Source: Candidatus Bathyarchaeia archaeon (GTDB lineage Archaea; Thermoproteota; Bathyarchaeia; Bathyarchaeales; Bathycorpusculaceae). From it: 64,000 nucleotides of DNA. The notes under the pieces were generated by a model that was given only the letters and a program-made list of their open reading frames with translations, was not told where the DNA came from and made no database searches. The DNA is taken from NCBI GenBank assembly GCA_049521795.1, contig JBEKOM010000009.1, positions 16,346 through 80,345 on the forward strand, in the 5' to 3' direction. The position numbers and the translations under genes are program-made. Below are positions 19,487 to 28,785 of this stretch, piece after piece (the first letter of the stretch is position 1; each line of letters opens with the position of its first letter).

Positions 19487-20267
19487 TTCTTGGGATGTAT
19501 ATCCCAGTGGGGTCTATTGCTCTTAGAAGCTCAAGCTCCTCGCACGTGGGCAGGTCCGTGGTGGGCACGTTCTTCGGCACGATCAGGTTGAAGCCTGTGT
19601 TCTCAAGAACCTGCTCAACCGTCACGCCCGGATGCACCGTTGCCAACCTCAGGCGTTTTGTTTCAGGGTCAAAGTCCATCTGGCAGAGGTTTGTGACCAC
19701 GAGTGATGGCCCACCTCCGCGTAACCCGGCCTTTTCTCTGGCTCCAGGTCCGTCAAGGAAGCCTGGACTCGTGAGATAGTCCAGTTTCTTCACCATTTTC
19801 CTTTTTTCATGCGTCATTATGACCACTGTGCGCTTGGCTGACGACACTATGTCGTTTCCTCCTCCGCTGCCTGGCAGCCTGACTGACGGCTTTTCGAAGC
19901 TTCCAATGTAGGTCGTGTTTATGTTTCCGTACTCGTCGATCTGGGCCGCACCGACGAACCCTAAGTCGACGTGTCCGCCCTGCAGCATGAGCCCGAGAGT
20001 CTCGAACAGACCGATAGCTCCTGACGCGCGCCAACCCAGTCTAGAGTCAGCTATGGACAAGGCTATGTCCTTCGCGTTTGAATCTATGAAACCTGCCTCG
20101 AAAACGATTCTTGCACTGGGCGCGTGCGTTCTCTTCGCCAGCAACGCTGCAATCATGGGTAGGCCTGTTCCAATGAAAACGACCTCACCGTTCTTTATCA
20201 GTCTGGAGCCGCAGACCGCCATGAGTTCCAAGGTGTTGAAGTCTCCAGGTTTTGCGATTTTGGCCGT
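19479..20267 (-). CDS. Family I CoA-transferase beta subunit (glutaconate CoA-transferase-like)
   Basis: VFIGTGLP, VFEAG, GAAQID-YGNIN and RLPGSGGGND motifs. Start placed at an in-frame ACG (20267) behind AAGGAGG; alternatives are TTG 20231 and ATG 20222. Confidence 0.88.
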   Translation of the reverse strand, partial: TAKIAKPGDFNTLELMAVCGSRLIKNGEVVFIGTGLPMIAALLAKRTHAPSARIVFEAGFIDSNAKDIALSIADSRLGWRASGAIGLFETLGLMLQGGHVDLGFVGAAQIDEYGNINTTYIGSFEKPSVRLPGSGGGNDIVSSAKRTVVIMTHEKRKMVKKLDYLTSPGFLDGPGAREKAGLRGGGPSLVVTNLCQMDFDPETKRLRLATVHPGVTVEQVLENTGFNLIVPKNVPTTDLPTCEELELLRAIDPTGIYIPRTK

Positions 20268-20284
20268 GTTTCTCGTTCCTCCTT

Positions 20285-21211
20285 CTAGTACGGGAACGGC
20301 TTTTTCGCCCTGAGCTTCATCAACCGTTCGATGCCTATCTTCTGCAGGAACTCATAGTGACCGTCGACGCTTGTTATGTAGTCTTCACAGTATTTTTGCC
20401 ACCCTTCCTCTGTCTTGCACTGGTCATAGTACATGCGAACATGTTCCATGTCATAGTCGTAATAGTTGTAAACCATCATCGGATACGAGCCCCATGGGCA
20501 CTCAACGACGTGAGTAACGTAGATGTTTGGGATGACCGTCTGGTCAGGCTGAGACCGAATAAATTCTGTGTCCACGATTTCCTCAGCCGTGATGATGACC
20601 TTCTTTCCCGCCCTTGCCCCTTCCACGTCTTCGCCGCGGATTCCGTCTATCTGCACGTTTCCTTCTCGGTCCACGCGTGAAGCGTGCACTATGCTGAAGT
20701 CTGGACGAACCGATGGGACGAGGACCACTTTTTCTCCCGTGAACGGGCAATCGATCACTTCTGCCTTCTTGTCCCTGAACCTCTTTTTTGCAAGCATGTC
20801 CGTTGCCAGCATGCTTTTAAGCGGCATGAAAGGGACTCCGAGCGCACCGCCGAAGAAACGCAGAACCATCGCAAGGTTTGAATAATCTTCTATTTCGATG
20901 GCACCTTCACGGATTCTCCTCTGAATGTTTGGCACGAGACCTATGCCTTCGATCGCGTAGAAAGCCAGCTCATACCGTGAAACAACCCGCGCGCCTGACA
21001 GAATGTCAATGTCCATTTCTGACCCGCAAGTGTAGATTGTCAAGTCTCTCTTTTTCTGCCTGACAAGCTCGTAAGCGAAAGCCATAGCCGGACGCTGGAA
21101 GCCGAAGCCTCCCCAGAAAAGGTGAGAGCCATCTGGAACAAGCTTCACGGCCTCTTTCAACGTTATCCTCTTGTCTTCGACTGGGGCCTCAACCAAATTT
21201 TCACCAGCCAT
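20285..21211 (-). CDS. Family I CoA-transferase alpha subunit
   Basis: GGFG, EDYSN, GALGVPFMP, CPFTG and AEEIV motifs; adjacent to the beta subunit. Confidence 0.9.
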   Translation of the reverse strand: MAGENLVEAPVEDKRITLKEAVKLVPDGSHLFWGGFGFQRPAMAFAYELVRQKKRDLTIYTCGSEMDIDILSGARVVSRYELAFYAIEGIGLVPNIQRRIREGAIEIEDYSNLAMVLRFFGGALGVPFMPLKSMLATDMLAKKRFRDKKAEVIDCPFTGEKVVLVPSVRPDFSIVHASRVDREGNVQIDGIRGEDVEGARAGKKVIITAEEIVDTEFIRSQPDQTVIPNIYVTHVVECPWGSYPMMVYNYYDYDMEHVRMYYDQCKTEEGWQKYCEDYITSVDGHYEFLQKIGIERLMKLRAKKPFPY

Positions 21212-21293
21212 TTAGGTGTGCATAAACGTGTTTCCTGCACATAGATTTTTCGACTCCACAGTTTCCAGGGACACCATAAACATCACGATTCGC

Positions 21294-22310
21294 TCACAGG
21301 AAAACTAATTGTCTAATCACGTCTGAAAGCTCTTCTTCCGTCAATCTTCTCGGATAGTTGTAGATTGGACCGCTTGGCTTCTCGTTGTAAAATGGACGGT
21401 TGCAGTCAGGGCATCCGGATGTGAGGAATGGCTCGCCCGTTTCAACCACCTTCACGAGGGTATCCTCATCGACTCCGAAATTGACCAACATACCATGGTC
21501 ATCGAAACTCATGTCTTCATACCGGGCAGTTCCGTGCCAAATCAGGTGCCTTGCAACTTGTATTCGCCTGTATTCTTCAATCGGAGGCCTCTTTCGGCTG
21601 GCAAGTGTTGTTCCAGGAATCGGGGTGAAGGCAAACAGCGCTGGAAGAACCGTCATATCCATACATTCTTGCATCGTTTTGATCATCTGCCGCTGGGTTT
21701 CTCCAAGTCCAACGATCAGATGCGTGCTGACCTTTCCTTTTCCAAAAGTGCGCAAGGCTTCATGCAGCATTTGGAACTGGGCCTCCCAAGCGTATGGGCC
21801 TCCGGCAGAAGAGCCTTTGATTCTCGTGAAGACGCTCTTGACTGCCGCGTCTAGAGGTATGCCTATTCTTTCGGCTCCTGCATCAGCCAGCTGGGCTATG
21901 TTTTCCCGCTTGGATGGCTGGCACGACACTGAGATAGGCATGTGAGTTTGTTCGAAGATCGTCTTCACCAAAGCCGTTAGGTGCGTGAAGACTTCAGGAT
22001 AGTTCAGGGCTTGGAGGCAGACACGTTTTATGTCTGCTTTTTCGTGAGCTCGTGCTATTCCGTTCAGCATGGGTTTTGTCGGATAGACTGGCCATGAAAC
22101 CCTTGAGAGCATGTCCGTTCTGCCCCGGCTTTCCCTGGCTTGAGGACAAAAACCACAATTTGCGCTGCATTTGCCCCGTCTGTGTGTCATAAGATAGATA
22201 GTCGTTGGGGCAGCGTCAAGTCTCGCGTTTAGCAGTCCGAGGATTGTTGCAGAACCTACGGAGACACGAATCTGCCTTGGCAAGCGAGTCTTTTTGCTCA
22301 CACGTCTCAC
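21294..22310 (-). CDS. lipS2: Radical SAM protein, archaeal lipoyl synthase subunit LipS2-like
   Basis: CSANCGFC radical SAM motif, LSRVSWP, HLIVGLGE and the C-terminal TSGCPDCNRP signature of LipS2. Confidence 0.82.
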   Translation of the reverse strand: MRRVSKKTRLPRQIRVSVGSATILGLLNARLDAAPTTIYLMTHRRGKCSANCGFCPQARESRGRTDMLSRVSWPVYPTKPMLNGIARAHEKADIKRVCLQALNYPEVFTHLTALVKTIFEQTHMPISVSCQPSKRENIAQLADAGAERIGIPLDAAVKSVFTRIKGSSAGGPYAWEAQFQMLHEALRTFGKGKVSTHLIVGLGETQRQMIKTMQECMDMTVLPALFAFTPIPGTTLASRKRPPIEEYRRIQVARHLIWHGTARYEDMSFDDHGMLVNFGVDEDTLVKVVETGEPFLTSGCPDCNRPFYNEKPSGPIYNYPRRLTEEELSDVIRQLVFL

Positions 22311-22469
22311 AGCCTAGACATGAACGGTTTGAAAGTGAGGTCTTACAGACTTGCAGAAGTTTTGAGTCGGATTAAAGAGTTTCTAACCTTTCATTCGAAA
22401 ACTGCGCGAAGGGCATGTTTAAATAAACTGTGAAGTCTTCAAGTACCTTTCAAAGCCCTTAAGGAGTTC

Positions 22470-22967
22470 ATGCTTGAAATGTCTGTGAAGATGACTTCTG
22501 AAGAGATTGAACAGTTTCTCGCTTGTGCGCGAGTTGGGAGGCTCGGCATGGTTGTGGATGATGAACCGTACGTAGTCCCAGTTGGCTTCGGATACTGCAA
22601 CGGGGAGGTGTTTTTTCATACGTGCGAGAAAGGGTTGAAAATGAACACTCTGAGAAAGAACTCCAATGTTTGTTTTGAGGTCGACGAAGCTTTGTCCGAC
22701 GTAACGATGTATAAGAGCGTCATCATTCTTGGCGCTGCTGAAATCATCAGTGAGGAGAAGAAAATGATACCTTACCTTCAGAAGCTTATTGATAAGTACC
22801 GCGTTCCATTGATCTTCGACGAGTACATGAGCAAACCGGGAAGGAACAGGGAAAACGAGATGAAGGCCGTAAGAATCTGCGTGATAACTCCACGAAGGGT
22901 GACAGGCAGAAGATTTGTGCAAAACAAGGCTTCAGCTGACGCTACAGCTTCACACTCAACTTTGTGA
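22470..22967 (+). CDS. Pyridoxamine 5'-phosphate oxidase-like flavin-binding protein (NimA-like)
   Basis: VGRLG, PYVVP, FFH---G-K, VCFEVD and SVI-G motifs. Confidence 0.85.
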   Translation: MLEMSVKMTSEEIEQFLACARVGRLGMVVDDEPYVVPVGFGYCNGEVFFHTCEKGLKMNTLRKNSNVCFEVDEALSDVTMYKSVIILGAAEIISEEKKMIPYLQKLIDKYRVPLIFDEYMSKPGRNRENEMKAVRICVITPRRVTGRRFVQNKASADATASHSTL

Positions 22968-23106
22968 AACTCGTCCTAAAGTCTCTGGGGAACCAATAGT
23001 AGATGTGCCAAAACACTGAAAAGATAACGTGTTTTCTGCTAAAGATTGAGGATTCATAAACGATTTATCTTCAGCGAAACAAGACCCAGAGAAAGGGTGC
23101 CCAAGC

Positions 23107-23442
23107 ATGCACAGATCAAAGCTGGAATCATACGAGGCAATTCTGGAAGTCTTGATAAAGAAACCTCTAACGGTCGACAGGATAGCATACGAAACCACCA
23201 TAGACTGCACGGTCATCAATCGCCGCTTGAACTTCTTGACTGAAAACGGGCTAGTTGAGGAACGACCCTTGCCTAATAAAACGCTGTACGCCATCACAGA
23301 AAGAGGCGTGGCGGTTTTCAAGTCCCTGAATTTCAACAGGTACCTCGAGAAGATCTCAAGCACACTTTCTGCAATAGACGAAGCGTTGCAGACCATACCG
23401 GTGATTTCAAAGGACTATAGGGAAACAGAAGAAACACGGTAA
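23107..23442 (+). CDS. Winged helix-turn-helix transcriptional regulator
   Basis: RSKLE-Y--IL N-terminus and LNFL--GLVE...YAITERG wing. Confidence 0.85.
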   Translation: MHRSKLESYEAILEVLIKKPLTVDRIAYETTIDCTVINRRLNFLTENGLVEERPLPNKTLYAITERGVAVFKSLNFNRYLEKISSTLSAIDEALQTIPVISKDYRETEETR

Positions 23443-23488
23443 AACGAAAAGTATTAAGCGAATCATGGATCAATCCTAACCGAGAACA

Positions 23489-24496
23489 ATGACCAGACTC
23501 TCGGCTGAAAGTATCTGGCGCATGAACGAAACAGAGTTTTTGAACGTTCTGAAAAAAGACGCTTGCGGTGTTAGACGAAAGAGAATCCGCTTTTACGCGC
23601 CAAGCTTCATGTACTACAAGACAAGTCATTACGCTTCTTCTTCGAGCGATTTTCCAACTATCTCTATAACCGGTAAAGCGTGCGCTTTGATGTGTAAACA
23701 CTGTGGTGGAACAGTGCTAAATACGATGTACCCTGCCACCTCGCCTGACGCGCTCTTTGAACTGTGTACCCGATTGAAGGAAAAGGGGGCAAAGGGATGC
23801 TTGATAAGTGGCGGCTGCCTGCCCAACGGGGCCGTGCCTCTCGGAGGGTTTGTGGACTCCATCGCAAAGATCAAGCATCAGCTGGGCTTAACAGTGTTTG
23901 TGCACACAGGTGTCATCAACCTCAAAACAGCTGAGGAACTTAAGAAAGCCGGAGTCGATGCAGCTATGTTAGACATCATCGGTTCGAACGAAACCCTAAA
24001 GGAGATCTTTAATCTAGACGCGTCGGTCAACGACTACGAAAATTCTTTGAAGTCACTGCATGAAGCTGGAATCGAGTTTGTACCGCACGTAATCGTGGGG
24101 CTTCACTATGGAAAACTTCAAGGCGAGCTGCATGCCTTGAAAATGGCTTCACAGCTCAACCCTTCAGCACTCGTCATAATCGCGTTCATGCCCATACGCG
24201 GAACAGAAATGGAGAAAGTCAAGCCTCCGGGACCGATTGACATAGCCAGAGTGATTGCGGCTGCAAGGTTGATGTTTCCTAAAACTCCGTTGGTCCTGGG
24301 CTGTATGCGCTCCAAAGATAAACATAGGTCCGAAACAGAGATCCTCGCCATAGAAGCGGGCGTGGACGCTATCGCGTTTCCAACTGAAGAGGCAGTTGAA
24401 TTCGCTGAGAGCCAAGGAATCGAAACATCTTTCTCTCCGTTCTGCTGCGGGAAGATCTACTTGGACATGAGAACCTCCACTACTTTTCACGCATGA
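23489..24496 (+). CDS. lipS1: Radical SAM protein, archaeal lipoyl synthase subunit LipS1-like
   Basis: ISITG-ACALMCKHC, LISGG, PHVIVGL, and the LipS1 signatures GCMR and C-terminal CC. Confidence 0.82.
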   Translation: MTRLSAESIWRMNETEFLNVLKKDACGVRRKRIRFYAPSFMYYKTSHYASSSSDFPTISITGKACALMCKHCGGTVLNTMYPATSPDALFELCTRLKEKGAKGCLISGGCLPNGAVPLGGFVDSIAKIKHQLGLTVFVHTGVINLKTAEELKKAGVDAAMLDIIGSNETLKEIFNLDASVNDYENSLKSLHEAGIEFVPHVIVGLHYGKLQGELHALKMASQLNPSALVIIAFMPIRGTEMEKVKPPGPIDIARVIAAARLMFPKTPLVLGCMRSKDKHRSETEILAIEAGVDAIAFPTEEAVEFAESQGIETSFSPFCCGKIYLDMRTSTTFHA

Positions 24497-26117
24497 CGAC
24501 CGCTACCATGACCGCGAACTCTGACACGGCAGTAGCGAGAAAGACAGGCAAAAATAAGGATGGAACAAGGAAGAAGGCTGCAAACGCGCTGACTATCGGT
24601 ATTGCGGCCACGATGTAGCCGGGAATCAAGATCGTGATGTAGGTGGTGATTCTTGAGTAGATGTTGCCGACGGCGAAGCCTTCTTTCCAGAACTTCCTCA
24701 GCAGAATCGTCAGTTCCAGCATGATCGCGGCTGCGACAGAGAACGCGTGTATCATTCCCAAAGTCAAGACAAACGAGAAGCTTTTCCCCAACAAGACTGC
24801 GACGATTGAGAGAACGATCATGGAAATCACGTAAGTGACCGTTGACAACAGCGTTTTCGCCGTTACCATTGTCCTTTTCTTCATAGGAAGATGCCTTGTG
24901 TAGGCCGATCCTAAGCCCTCAATGGCAAGAAGTGTTGGTGGAAGCAGAAGCGTGATCATTGATATTCCGGTGAGAATCCCCAGTGCAGCGCTCGGCCCGA
25001 CGTCGCTGAATGAGGAGAAACTTATTGCCACAACAACCGTCTGTACAACTGGCAAAAGAAAAAGGCTTGCGAATGAAGGCGATCTGGAGGCCACTCTCAA
25101 GTCCTTCCGAATGATTCCCAGCCATGGAATTTGAGGTCTGATGAGCGTGTCCTTCACGATCTCTCTTGGACCTGCAGCAAATCCTCCGATCCCGATCTTT
25201 CTAACGGTCCACGTGACCCACCTTAGACAGTAGTACCCAGCAACCACGTAGGCGACTGACGCGAAGATCGAAAGACCCAGAGTGACACTGTTAACTCCGT
25301 TGGGGAAGGTTGCATAGGACACTAGAAACCCGTAGGAAAATGGGTAAACCAGAACTAAGATCTGCGAAATCGAGGAGAAACCCTGCGCAAGGTACGCAAA
25401 CGATTGGACTATTTGTCCCGCGAAGTTCACGATGAAGTATGCTGCAAATGTTGGCAGAAGCCAAACGAGCATGAACCCAAATCTCAGAAAGGTCTGCAAT
25501 TTCGACTTCCCCCCCGCTCGTGCGACTCTCTGGTAGAAAAACTGTGCAGAAACCGTGGTGAGAGCCAAAGCGAAGATCTCGGTGACTCCGATGCCTACGA
25601 CAGAGACTACGCCGCCTAGGATCGAGCCGCCGATTATGAAGTACACGGACAGAAAGATGATTGCTGCTGCAACTAATGGTATGTCGAAGATTCTGATGAA
25701 ACAGAGAAATATGGTTCTTGAGATGTCCTTCTTTGAAAGCGGAAGAGGACTGAGGACATCCACGATTTTTGATGACACAAACGACGTTGACATCTGCAGT
25801 CCCATGAAAACTATCAGGAAAAGTACGACGGCGAGAAAAGCCGCGACGCCGCCTTGGACCGCTATTTCTCTCGGCAAGGCTTGACCGACGCCGCTGATCG
25901 TTAGAGGAAGGAACACGACTGCCGCGAAGATAGCGATGAAAACTGTCGTGACTAGTTTACTGATCAGAGTGTTTATCCTGGCGTTGGAGACGAGTTGTTT
26001 AATGTCTCTTCTGCCGCTTTGAGGCAGGGATGAGCCCTGGCGAAGAGAGAAGATGGATTGGAACGAGACTTCTTTGTACGCTTTGCTTGACAAGCGCCAA
26101 AGTTCAGAGAATTTCAC
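24480..26117 (-). CDS. ABC exporter permease (about 12 TM)
   Basis: Highly hydrophobic, two LPL/LPM repeats; directly downstream of an ABC ATPase. Confidence 0.82.
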   Translation of the reverse strand: MKFSELWRLSSKAYKEVSFQSIFSLRQGSSLPQSGRRDIKQLVSNARINTLISKLVTTVFIAIFAAVVFLPLTISGVGQALPREIAVQGGVAAFLAVVLFLIVFMGLQMSTSFVSSKIVDVLSPLPLSKKDISRTIFLCFIRIFDIPLVAAAIIFLSVYFIIGGSILGGVVSVVGIGVTEIFALALTTVSAQFFYQRVARAGGKSKLQTFLRFGFMLVWLLPTFAAYFIVNFAGQIVQSFAYLAQGFSSISQILVLVYPFSYGFLVSYATFPNGVNSVTLGLSIFASVAYVVAGYYCLRWVTWTVRKIGIGGFAAGPREIVKDTLIRPQIPWLGIIRKDLRVASRSPSFASLFLLPVVQTVVVAISFSSFSDVGPSAALGILTGISMITLLLPPTLLAIEGLGSAYTRHLPMKKRTMVTAKTLLSTVTYVISMIVLSIVAVLLGKSFSFVLTLGMIHAFSVAAAIMLELTILLRKFWKEGFAVGNIYSRITTYITILIPGYIVAAIPIVSAFAAFFLVPSLFLPVFLATAVSEFAVMVAVVMREK

Positions 26118-26123
26118 TGCATT

Positions 26124-26897
26124 TTACTCCTCTTCTAGGGCTTTTATTATGTCCTGCATTCCAGCTTCCTGCTCCGTCACTTTCAAGAAGATGTCTTCTA
26201 AGGAGCCTTCTGCGCTTCTGACAAGTTTGCGGAGGTCGGCAACCGTGCCTTCTCCGACGATTTTGCCCTTGTTTATTATTCCAACTCTTGTGCACAGTTT
26301 CTCGGCGACTTCCATGATGTGGGTCGAAAATATGACGGCTCCGCCTCTCTTGGCGTGAAAGGTCACAAGTTCTTTGAGAATCTTCGAAGAGCGCGCATCT
26401 AAGCCTATCAGAGGCTCATCCAAGATCAGGAGTTTCGGATCGTGCAGCAAGGCTGAGACAACAGCGACTTTCTGCTTGTTGCCCATAGACAAGGCCGCGA
26501 TTGGAGTGTCAAAGTACTGCTTGAGTTCGAAAGCGGACGCGAACCTTTCAAGTTTGGAGTTTACAGCTTCCCGGTCCAAGCGTCTTATTGAAGATACAAA
26601 CTCGAAAAACTCTCTCGGCGTGAGCGAATCAAGGAGCACAACCTCTTCCGGGACGTAGCCGATTTTACTCTTCGCCGCGACCTCATCCGAGATCGGCGTA
26701 CCATAGATCTCAACTTTTCCCGCCCGTTTCTCCAATACCCCCACAAGAACCTTGATCGTGCTAGTCTTGCCCGCGCCGTTAGGACCCAGCAGCCCATAGA
26801 TTTCCCCGTTCTTCACGGTGAACGATAGGTTTTCCACCGCCACGAAAGAACCATAACTGACAACAAGGTCTTGAACGTTGACCGCAACAGTCTCCAT
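26124..26897 (-). CDS. ABC transporter ATP-binding protein
   Basis: GPNGAGKT, LSMGNKQK, LILDEP and STH motifs. Confidence 0.95.
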   Translation of the reverse strand: METVAVNVQDLVVSYGSFVAVENLSFTVKNGEIYGLLGPNGAGKTSTIKVLVGVLEKRAGKVEIYGTPISDEVAAKSKIGYVPEEVVLLDSLTPREFFEFVSSIRRLDREAVNSKLERFASAFELKQYFDTPIAALSMGNKQKVAVVSALLHDPKLLILDEPLIGLDARSSKILKELVTFHAKRGGAVIFSTHIMEVAEKLCTRVGIINKGKIVGEGTVADLRKLVRSAEGSLEDIFLKVTEQEAGMQDIIKALEEE

Positions 26898-27093
26898 GTT
26901 TAGCCCTTCAACGCGTGAATCATAGTTTTTCTTGACTGGTTGCCTTAATACGTTTCCCTAAGCAACAGCAACTGGCACAACCTGACCGTGGATTTCGAAC
27001 AGGTTCGAAGTTCATTACCCACGGGTTCTGTCACAGCGTATCTTGGCTGCCTTGGATATAAGAGGAAAAGACGCCTTCAGTCCGAGCGTCGGA

Positions 27094-28218
27094 TCAGGAG
27101 GAAACAAATCGTCTAAGTCTCTGTAAACACCGTAATCTCTCTGTGCTGCCAATCCTTGCCTCTTGAACTGACTGTCTTAGCATTTGGATAGACTCATCCA
27201 TTGCCCCGCGGTTAACAGGGTAGCGCACGCCGTCCTTTCCTCCGTAAGCGAAGGAATACTTCACAGGGTCTTTCCAGCTTGGCTTTTCGCCATAGAGCAG
27301 TTCTGCGATCAACGCGAGTCCTCTTACTGTAGCCGGGCCGACGCCCTTGAAGCCAAGCAGCTCCTCGTAGTTGCTGGGCTGGAACTCGTAGACTTGCTTC
27401 ATCGTCCTCCAGTTTGTGTTCCATGGCATGGACAGAACGTCCGGCAGTTCTTTGTTATGTCCGGCTTCTGCGTTTGCTGGCAACCATTCACTCAACGATT
27501 TTTGAAGATGAGGCCTCACGGACACGACCAGTCGCATGAGCTTCTCGGTGGGTTCCTTGGCCACGTCTACAGAAGCTTTCCTGCTTCCTTCACTTTCTCG
27601 AGCAGTCATGTCTAATGCGCACTGGCGTTTCCTGTCCCCGACGATCGCGCTGTGAGGTTCGACGACGAACTCTTCCAGTTTCTCGGAGAGCCAGTGATAG
27701 CGTCTTGCGGTTCGATCTTGTGTGCACATGCCCTGTTGGACAACTGCCCATTTTCGGTTCTCCGCAACGAAGAAAGCGTGATGATAAAGCTGATAGCCTG
27801 CTTGGATTGCGGTGTTGTCAACCTTTGCGCTCATCCTGCTTGCATAACGCAGACTCTCGATGCTTTCAGTTGGAAAGCCAAACTTCTCTCCGACAGTTTG
27901 GATCTCATCGGGCGCCAGACGGGAGAACTTGCCCTTGCCACCGCAGACCGCGATGCCGTGCTCCTCAGGAACGATTGCCTGTTTGAGGATCGCTGTGACA
28001 ACGGTGGTCACTCCTGACGAGTGCCAGTCATATCCTAAAACGCAGCCTAGGGCCTGAAACCAGAAAGGGTCAGAGATTCGCTTCAAGAACTCGTCTGAAC
28101 CATACTCGTCGACGATGATGGTGACCATTTCTCTGGCCAGTCTTCGCATTCGAACGATGAGGTACATCGGTGCTTTTCCGTAATGAAGTGGAAGCTTGGC
28201 AATCCCTGTCCTCTGCAC
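27094..28218 (-). CDS. DUF763 family protein
   Basis: RTGIAKLPLHYG, DPFWFQALGCVLGYDWHSSGVTT, AKVDN, QQGM and SFAYGGKDG motifs; GTG start at 28218. Confidence 0.88.
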   Translation of the reverse strand: MQRTGIAKLPLHYGKAPMYLIVRMRRLAREMVTIIVDEYGSDEFLKRISDPFWFQALGCVLGYDWHSSGVTTVVTAILKQAIVPEEHGIAVCGGKGKFSRLAPDEIQTVGEKFGFPTESIESLRYASRMSAKVDNTAIQAGYQLYHHAFFVAENRKWAVVQQGMCTQDRTARRYHWLSEKLEEFVVEPHSAIVGDRKRQCALDMTARESEGSRKASVDVAKEPTEKLMRLVVSVRPHLQKSLSEWLPANAEAGHNKELPDVLSMPWNTNWRTMKQVYEFQPSNYEELLGFKGVGPATVRGLALIAELLYGEKPSWKDPVKYSFAYGGKDGVRYPVNRGAMDESIQMLRQSVQEARIGSTERLRCLQRLRRFVSS

Positions 28219-28259
28219 CGGAACACCGTCATAATACAAGTGCTCAACAAATGGTTTAA

Positions 28260-28757
28260 TCATTTTCCTTTCTTCGTGAAAACGTGACCTTCTCGGTCGA
28301 TCTCGCCCGTGCGAACCCGTGTCGTCGAGATTGCCGCGTGATTTTGGGCGGGAACCATGTTAATCACGATTATTTCAAGGGGGTCTATTCCGATTTCTCT
28401 TCTCTTTTGGTTGATTTTGAGAGCGACGGGCTCCGTCTCCTTGCTGACGACCAATGCTTCGATCGGGTCTTTGGAGAGTAGCACACCGCCGTAAGCATCG
28501 TTTATCGGAATAATTTCCGCTCTCTGAAGTAGTCCCTGATTTCTCAGGAAATCTCTCAGCTCTCTCGTGCGCTCCTCATAAGATGCTGTCTGGTGAGGCT
28601 TGTCCATTTTTCTCACAAATTCGTCTGAAGAGACGCCGATCATCACGTGTTCGCCTATTTCAAAAGCTTTCATGAGCAATGCTCTGTGTCCCTTGTGAAG
28701 CTCGTCGAAAGTGCCGCCAAGACCCACAGTTCTGAACCTTTTCAGCATCGATTTCAC
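28260..28757 (-). CDS. coaD: Phosphopantetheine adenylyltransferase (archaeal type)
   Basis: GGTFDELHKGH, LVVSKET and ISTTRVR motifs; lies in the CoA operon. Confidence 0.92.
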   Translation of the reverse strand: MKSMLKRFRTVGLGGTFDELHKGHRALLMKAFEIGEHVMIGVSSDEFVRKMDKPHQTASYEERTRELRDFLRNQGLLQRAEIIPINDAYGGVLLSKDPIEALVVSKETEPVALKINQKRREIGIDPLEIIVINMVPAQNHAAISTTRVRTGEIDREGHVFTKKGK

Positions 28758-28785
28758 GTTTAAAGCGTCTGGACCGTTTATAAGA

